A stretch of DNA of 64,000 nucleotides from Verrucomicrobiota bacterium (GTDB lineage Bacteria; Verrucomicrobiota; Verrucomicrobiia; Opitutales; Cerasicoccaceae): positions 384,001 to 448,000 of the forward strand of contig JBCBUK010000001.1 of the NCBI GenBank assembly GCA_039818205.1. The letters are read 5' to 3'. Of the stretch, positions 59,507 through 64,000 are shown in pieces (position 1 is the first letter of the stretch; every line of letters starts with the position of its first letter). The notes under the pieces are model-generated. The model ran no database searches, was not told the origin of the DNA, and saw only the letters and a program-made list of their open reading frames with translations. Both the position numbers and the translations under genes were made by a program.

Positions 59507-61957
59507 CTAGCTCGTCGCTCCTTCCCGAGCCGCAATTCGCGCAACGCGGTCCGACCAGCTTTCACTGGAAACTTGGTCGAAGAGCGACTCAGCCCAGAGT
59601 GGAAAAGCAAAGGGCGTGATCTTTTCCGTAGCCACAACATGAAAAGGCATTTCATTGATCCGCTGCAATGTCGACAACAAGCGAGTATGCTCCAGCTGTC
59701 GATCCAGCAATTCCCGTTCAGCCTGAAGAAGGAGTCTATTGTCCGTGTCGTAACGTGCAAAGGTATCGTAAAGCAGACCCGATGACATCTGGATGTTTCG
59801 AGCACTCTTAGGCTGTCCCGGATAGCCTTGAAAGACTAAACCAGCCACGCGCGCGATTTCTCGAAACTGACGACGGGCCAACTCCGCAGAGTTCATGCAA
59901 TCCAATAGATCCACCTGCAAGTTCTCCACTGAAAAGAGTTGTCGAACAAGCGACTCATCAACCTCAAACTCTTTGGCTGACTGAATGGAAAATCCATAGT
60001 CGTTGATCGTCGTTTTTAGAGTTAGTGGTGTGATCTTTGACAATCGAAATGCCACTAGCGCAGCCAATCCTTCGTTTACCAAACGCCCCGCAAAAGGATA
60101 AGCAAATAGGTTCCATGTCGATCGGTAGTGGCAACTCTCTGTGAGCAGCCAGCGACTACCTGGCAACAGCGATCGTTCCTGCTGCTGAGTCAACAAGGGC
60201 GATAGACGGCGCAACTCATCCGACTGCGCTCCCTCTGTGGACCATGACTGGATTTCTCGAGCAACGGCATCAGCCAGCTCGCTGGAAAGTGGAGAACGTC
60301 CGCCAGCCCAAGACGGGGTCACCCCGGCGGCACGCCGCGCGTTCTTAACATACGCCGTCATCTGGCGAAAGCGGATAAGCTCGAGACGTTTCCCCGCGAA
60401 ATTAAAAACATCGCCCGGATTCAAGCGAGAGATGAAGCCCTCTTCGATCATCCCGAGTGAACCACCTTTCTGATAGCGCACCACGATCTCTGAATCTCCC
60501 GTGATCGTGCCTATACTCATGCGGTGCATCCGCGCAAGCGACTGCCCGCTTCCTGCCAATGCCCCGGACTCGCTCACACAGACTTTGCGATACTCCGGAT
60601 AGGCCGTCAGCGCACCGACCTCTCCTTTCGCAAACCCGAGCACCCAGGTCCAATCCAAGGGGTTCAATTCATTGAACGCGGCCGTTGACAAGATCTCATC
60701 CCGTAACTGCGCTTCAGTAACATCGCCACTCAGGGCCACCGTAATGACATGCTGCAACAAGACGTCCAAAGAGTTTTTTAAAGAAATGCGTGGTTCAATC
60801 TCACCGCGCCCCAAGGCAGAACGAGCCGCTGCAAATTCCAAAATCTCCAGAGCGTTGGTTGGCACACCATAAATCACGCTGGGCACTCCCGGCTGGTGGC
60901 CACTGCGCCCGGCTCGCTGGGTCAAGCGAGCAATTCCCTTCGGCGAGCCGACTTGGACCACTTGCTCGACCGGCGAGTAGTCGACACCCAAGTCTAAACT
61001 GGAGGTGCAAACAACGGCTTTGACCTCGCCTTCATCGATGGCCTGCTCAATCGCTAAACGCCGATCACGATCGACCGAGCCATGATGGATCTCAATGGAT
61101 GCTGCAAGATCAGGAGCAGCCTTGCTGAGGCTTTGATACCACAACTCGGCTTGGCTACGCGTATTGGTGAAAACCAAGGTCGAGCGTGCGTGACGAATCT
61201 GCTCCACCACGGCATGGACCAACCGTATCCCCAAATGCCCGGCCCAGGGAAAGCCTTCGATGTCATCGGGCAACAACGTGACGACACGGATCTCTTTTTG
61301 GTGATCACCGCGCACGATGATTGCATCCCGATGATTCGGACCCACCAGCGTTCGGAGGGCATCATCCAAGTTGCCAATGGTGGCTGACAATCCCCAAACT
61401 CGAACATCCGGCACCAAGCCCTTCAAACGCGAGATGCCCAGCTCAGTCTGCACGCCGCGTTTCGACCCCATCAGTTCATGCCACTCATCGCAAACGATAC
61501 AGCGCAGCTGACGAAAGCTCTTCCGCACGTCCGCGTAGGACAACATCAAACTAAGCGACTCGGGTGTGGTAATGAGCACATTCGGTAGCTGCTTCCGTAA
61601 GCGAGCCTTGTCGCGACTTGAGATGTCCCCGTGCCGAACCGCGACTGTCCACGGCAAATCGATGCCAGAGAAAAAATGCTGCAGGGCATCACCGGTGTCA
61701 TTTGCCAAGGCCTTGAGCGGAGTAATCCACAACACTCGTAATCCTGTAGCGGCTTTGCCAGCTAACTGCTCCTCAAGCCCCTCTTGGGCTGGGCCGCCCA
61801 TCGCGGCAAAGGTCTTACCAAAGCCCGTAGGCGCATGCACCAGCCCGCTTTTGCCAGCGCGGTAGCCTTCCCAGGCGGTTTGCTGGAACGGGAAGACGTC
61901 CCAGCCCTGGCCTTGAAACCAGTCTTCGATCCGTCCACCTGTTACAGTCTGGCTCAT
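59507..61957 (-). CDS. Ligase-associated DNA damage response DEXH-box helicase (Lhr-core type)
   Basis: APTGFGKT, ITPLKALAND, TTPESL, DEWHELMGSKRG, LSATIGN, HHGS, SLDLGVDY, QRAGRSGH, HRMSIGTI. Confidence 0.93.
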   Translation of the reverse strand: MSQTVTGGRIEDWFQGQGWDVFPFQQTAWEGYRAGKSGLVHAPTGFGKTFAAMGGPAQEGLEEQLAGKAATGLRVLWITPLKALANDTGDALQHFFSGIDLPWTVAVRHGDISSRDKARLRKQLPNVLITTPESLSLMLSYADVRKSFRQLRCIVCDEWHELMGSKRGVQTELGISRLKGLVPDVRVWGLSATIGNLDDALRTLVGPNHRDAIIVRGDHQKEIRVVTLLPDDIEGFPWAGHLGIRLVHAVVEQIRHARSTLVFTNTRSQAELWYQSLSKAAPDLAASIEIHHGSVDRDRRLAIEQAIDEGEVKAVVCTSSLDLGVDYSPVEQVVQVGSPKGIARLTQRAGRSGHQPGVPSVIYGVPTNALEILEFAAARSALGRGEIEPRISLKNSLDVLLQHVITVALSGDVTEAQLRDEILSTAAFNELNPLDWTWVLGFAKGEVGALTAYPEYRKVCVSESGALAGSGQSLARMHRMSIGTITGDSEIVVRYQKGGSLGMIEEGFISRLNPGDVFNFAGKRLELIRFRQMTAYVKNARRAAGVTPSWAGGRSPLSSELADAVAREIQSWSTEGAQSDELRRLSPLLTQQQERSLLPGSRWLLTESCHYRSTWNLFAYPFAGRLVNEGLAALVAFRLSKITPLTLKTTINDYGFSIQSAKEFEVDESLVRQLFSVENLQVDLLDCMNSAELARRQFREIARVAGLVFQGYPGQPKSARNIQMSSGLLYDTFARYDTDNRLLLQAERELLDRQLEHTRLLSTLQRINEMPFHVVATEKITPFAFPLWAESLFDQVSSESWSDRVARIAAREGATS

Positions 61958-61988
61958 CTAGGCTACCCTCTATGATTGTGTCTGAAAC

Positions 61989-62168
61989 TCAGGCATTACC
62001 CGATACTCCCTTGGCCGATGATCGCGCACGCCGGCAGCGATCCGAACAGTAGACGACCGCATCCCAACAACCCGCCCACTTCTTGCGCCAGCTGAAAGGG
62101 CGTTGACAAACGGGACATATCTTTTGGGGCAGATCTGCCTTTGAAACCACTTTTCCGTTTAGTCGCAT
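61989..62168 (-). CDS. DUF2256 family small Cys-rich protein (59 aa)
   Basis: [22 protein letters not shown]...[16 protein letters not shown] at 62168. Confidence 0.88.
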   Translation of the reverse strand: MRLNGKVVSKADLPQKICPVCQRPFSWRKKWAGCWDAVVYCSDRCRRARSSAKGVSGNA

Positions 62169-62294
62169 GGGAGGCAGAATAGCGCATTCTCCAGTGATTT
62201 CAAACGCCGCGATCAGGAATTCCAAACAAGAAGTCATTGGCCGATAAGGAGATAAATAATTCTCAATTTTCTGAAGAAATAAACCAGTAATCAC

Positions 62295-62324
62295 TTGATC
62301 ACCGTGTAATTTTGAGCATACTAT
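62295..62324 (+). promoter_or_regulatory. Candidate imuA promoter with a degenerate LexA-like box
   Basis: TTGATC (62295-62300), 18 nt, TACTAT (62319-62324). TGTAA-TTTT-GAGCA (62305-62318) matches 7 of 10 positions of TGTTC-N4-GAACA. Confidence 0.35.
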
Positions 62325-62329
62325 TTTGA

Positions 62330-62977
62330 GTGATTGAGAATGCGGACAAACGTGCGGCCACATTCCGAAAATTGACCTCGAAAATTGGGGTGGTTTCGGC
62401 GGCTAGCCTGCAGCTGACGCAAGAGCTGCGGCCCAACCATAGCGGATGGATCCCTCCATCTCGCATGGTCGAATGTGTCTGTACGGGCTCAAGCGTCGGC
62501 GGACAATCGCTGGTCGAACTGCTCTTGGCGAAAAACCTGAAAAATGGCAGTTTTGCGGCCTTTGTTGACCTCGCCAATGGCTTTGACCTGGACTCCTTGA
62601 GCCTTGGATTGGAAGAACGGATGCTATGGGTTCGCTGCCAGAATGAAACGCAATCATTGAAGGCCTTAGACCTCTTGTTACGTGATGACAACTTCAGCTT
62701 GGTAGTGGCTGATCTACGCAGCTCTAGCAAGCACTTGCGACAAGCCCCCGCCCGATCCTGGTATCGCTTGCAACGTCTCAGCCATCAACGTGAAGGCTAT
62801 TGCGTGATACTGGCCCAGGAACACCTCTCACCCTGCATGGACCTGTCATTAACACTCTCGGCCAACCATCGCTTCGCCACCTTAAATCAAGGGCGCACGA
62901 ATATCCAGCAGACCATCGCGCAGCAAATAGCGGAACAGCTGGATAGCCCCGTAACAACGATCGCCGAAGCCATCTAA
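62330..62977 (+). CDS. imuA: ImuA-like RecA-fold mutagenesis accessory protein
   Basis: [46 protein letters not shown]. Degenerate Walker A. Lies directly upstream of an ImuB-like gene. Confidence 0.72.
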   Translation: MIENADKRAATFRKLTSKIGVVSAASLQLTQELRPNHSGWIPPSRMVECVCTGSSVGGQSLVELLLAKNLKNGSFAAFVDLANGFDLDSLSLGLEERMLWVRCQNETQSLKALDLLLRDDNFSLVVADLRSSSKHLRQAPARSWYRLQRLSHQREGYCVILAQEHLSPCMDLSLTLSANHRFATLNQGRTNIQQTIAQQIAEQLDSPVTTIAEAI

Positions 62978-62990
62978 CCACAGCCCATAT

Positions 62991-64000
62991 ATGTTCCTCT
63001 GCCTTTTCATAGATAATTTTCGGCTACAGGCGGTGTCGCGACGTCAAGCCCTGCCACCCGCTCTACCCACTGCCCTGACCAACAGCAGTGGCAATATCTG
63101 CGAGCTCAACCACGCCGCTTACACCCACCATATCCGAGTCGGCATGTCGATGCCCAAAGCCATGTCCCGCTGTGCTCAACTCAAGATTGTGAATCCCTGT
63201 TTGCAAGCTGAGAAAGCTACTCAGCGACTGGTTTGGAGTAACGTCTGGCAGATCTCACCCAAGATTGAACTAACACGCATTGGCTTGGTCACCGTGCAAC
63301 TCTACCGAATGGATTTTGAAACGCTATGCCGCCAAGTCGAACACTGTTTGGGGCAACTTAGGCGGCAGGATATATTTGCCCGGGCGGGCGCAGCGCCCAC
63401 CCCCGACTGGGCAGAACTAGCCGCAATAACTGCTGAGGCGCACTCATTTAAGCTCAAGCCCGATAAACAGCAGATGCAGACCCTACTCGATCACACCGCA
63501 TTAAACATGCTACCAGCCATGAATGACCGCACCATCAGCCTGCTAGACAACTGGGGCATACGGAGTCTCGGGGCCTTGGCCCGTCTCCCGCGCAATGAAC
63601 TTGGTGAGCGACTGGGCACATCAATCTTATCCATTTGGGATCTGCTCCATGGCAAAACCAAACGACTACTGCGATTCACCGAACTCGAACCCGAGTTCAA
63701 TGAGACCTTCCCGCTCGAGACGCCCATTGAAAATTTAGATGCGGTTTGCTTCTTGATCCGTCGCGCAGCTGATGCCCTGGAACAGCAGTTAATCCAAGCC
63801 GGCAAAGTGGCGCGTGCAATCGAGATCACCTTGAACATCGAACGGCGATCTCCTTATCGGAAAAGAATTCAACTCCCGGAAACCACTCAACAAGCTGACT
63901 TGATGGAGCGTCTGCTTCGAAATCACTTGGAGCAGATTCAACTAAGGGGTGCGATATGTGAGGTAACACTGAGCCTTGATGCTGTGCCACCGCTCGGCAA
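62991..64000 (+). CDS. imuB: ImuB-like inactive Y-family DNA polymerase (partial, runs off the window)
   Basis: Not in the ORF track. Translates MFLCLFIDNFRLQAV...CELNHAAYTHHIRVGMSMPKAMSRC...ISPKIE...GAAPTPDWAELAA...LDNWGIRSLGALARLPRNELGERLG. Confidence 0.85.
   Translation, partial: MFLCLFIDNFRLQAVSRRQALPPALPTALTNSSGNICELNHAAYTHHIRVGMSMPKAMSRCAQLKIVNPCLQAEKATQRLVWSNVWQISPKIELTRIGLVTVQLYRMDFETLCRQVEHCLGQLRRQDIFARAGAAPTPDWAELAAITAEAHSFKLKPDKQQMQTLLDHTALNMLPAMNDRTISLLDNWGIRSLGALARLPRNELGERLGTSILSIWDLLHGKTKRLLRFTELEPEFNETFPLETPIENLDAVCFLIRRAADALEQQLIQAGKVARAIEITLNIERRSPYRKRIQLPETTQQADLMERLLRNHLEQIQLRGAICEVTLSLDAVPPLG

Noticed and set aside
1..64000. CRISPR arrays, tRNA/rRNA genes, transposases or integrases
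   Set aside because: None recognised. The repeats found are degenerate, in frame and protein-level. A covariance-model scan was not possible.

Overview
About two-thirds of the window (1-42736, minus strand) is one giant open reading frame of at least 14,245 codons. The ORF track omits it because it has no stop before the left edge. It starts with a basic, non-hydrophobic leader containing LEPRILLSA (LEPR-XLL motif). It continues through about 14 tandem alpha/beta units, two internal RTX blocks, EF-hand-like loops, 11-residue helical repeats and long haemagglutinin-like beta-helix regions. Next to it are an FGE/C-type-lectin-fold gene and a compact operon: GAF-membrane fusion protein, PqqD-like/M50 metalloprotease/membrane fusion protein, and a C-terminally truncated SecA paralogue. 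A TolC gene converges on that operon. This looks like a type I-like export apparatus with no ABC transporter, with the giant protein as its probable cargo (inference). The rest encodes a hypothetical protein, a fasciclin protein, a TetR-RND efflux module, and a DNA-damage cluster (PdeM, Lhr-like helicase, DUF2256, divergent imuA-imuB). Gene content suggests a PVC-superphylum bacterium, probably Verrucomicrobia (inference). No RNA genes, CRISPR arrays or mobile elements were recognised.
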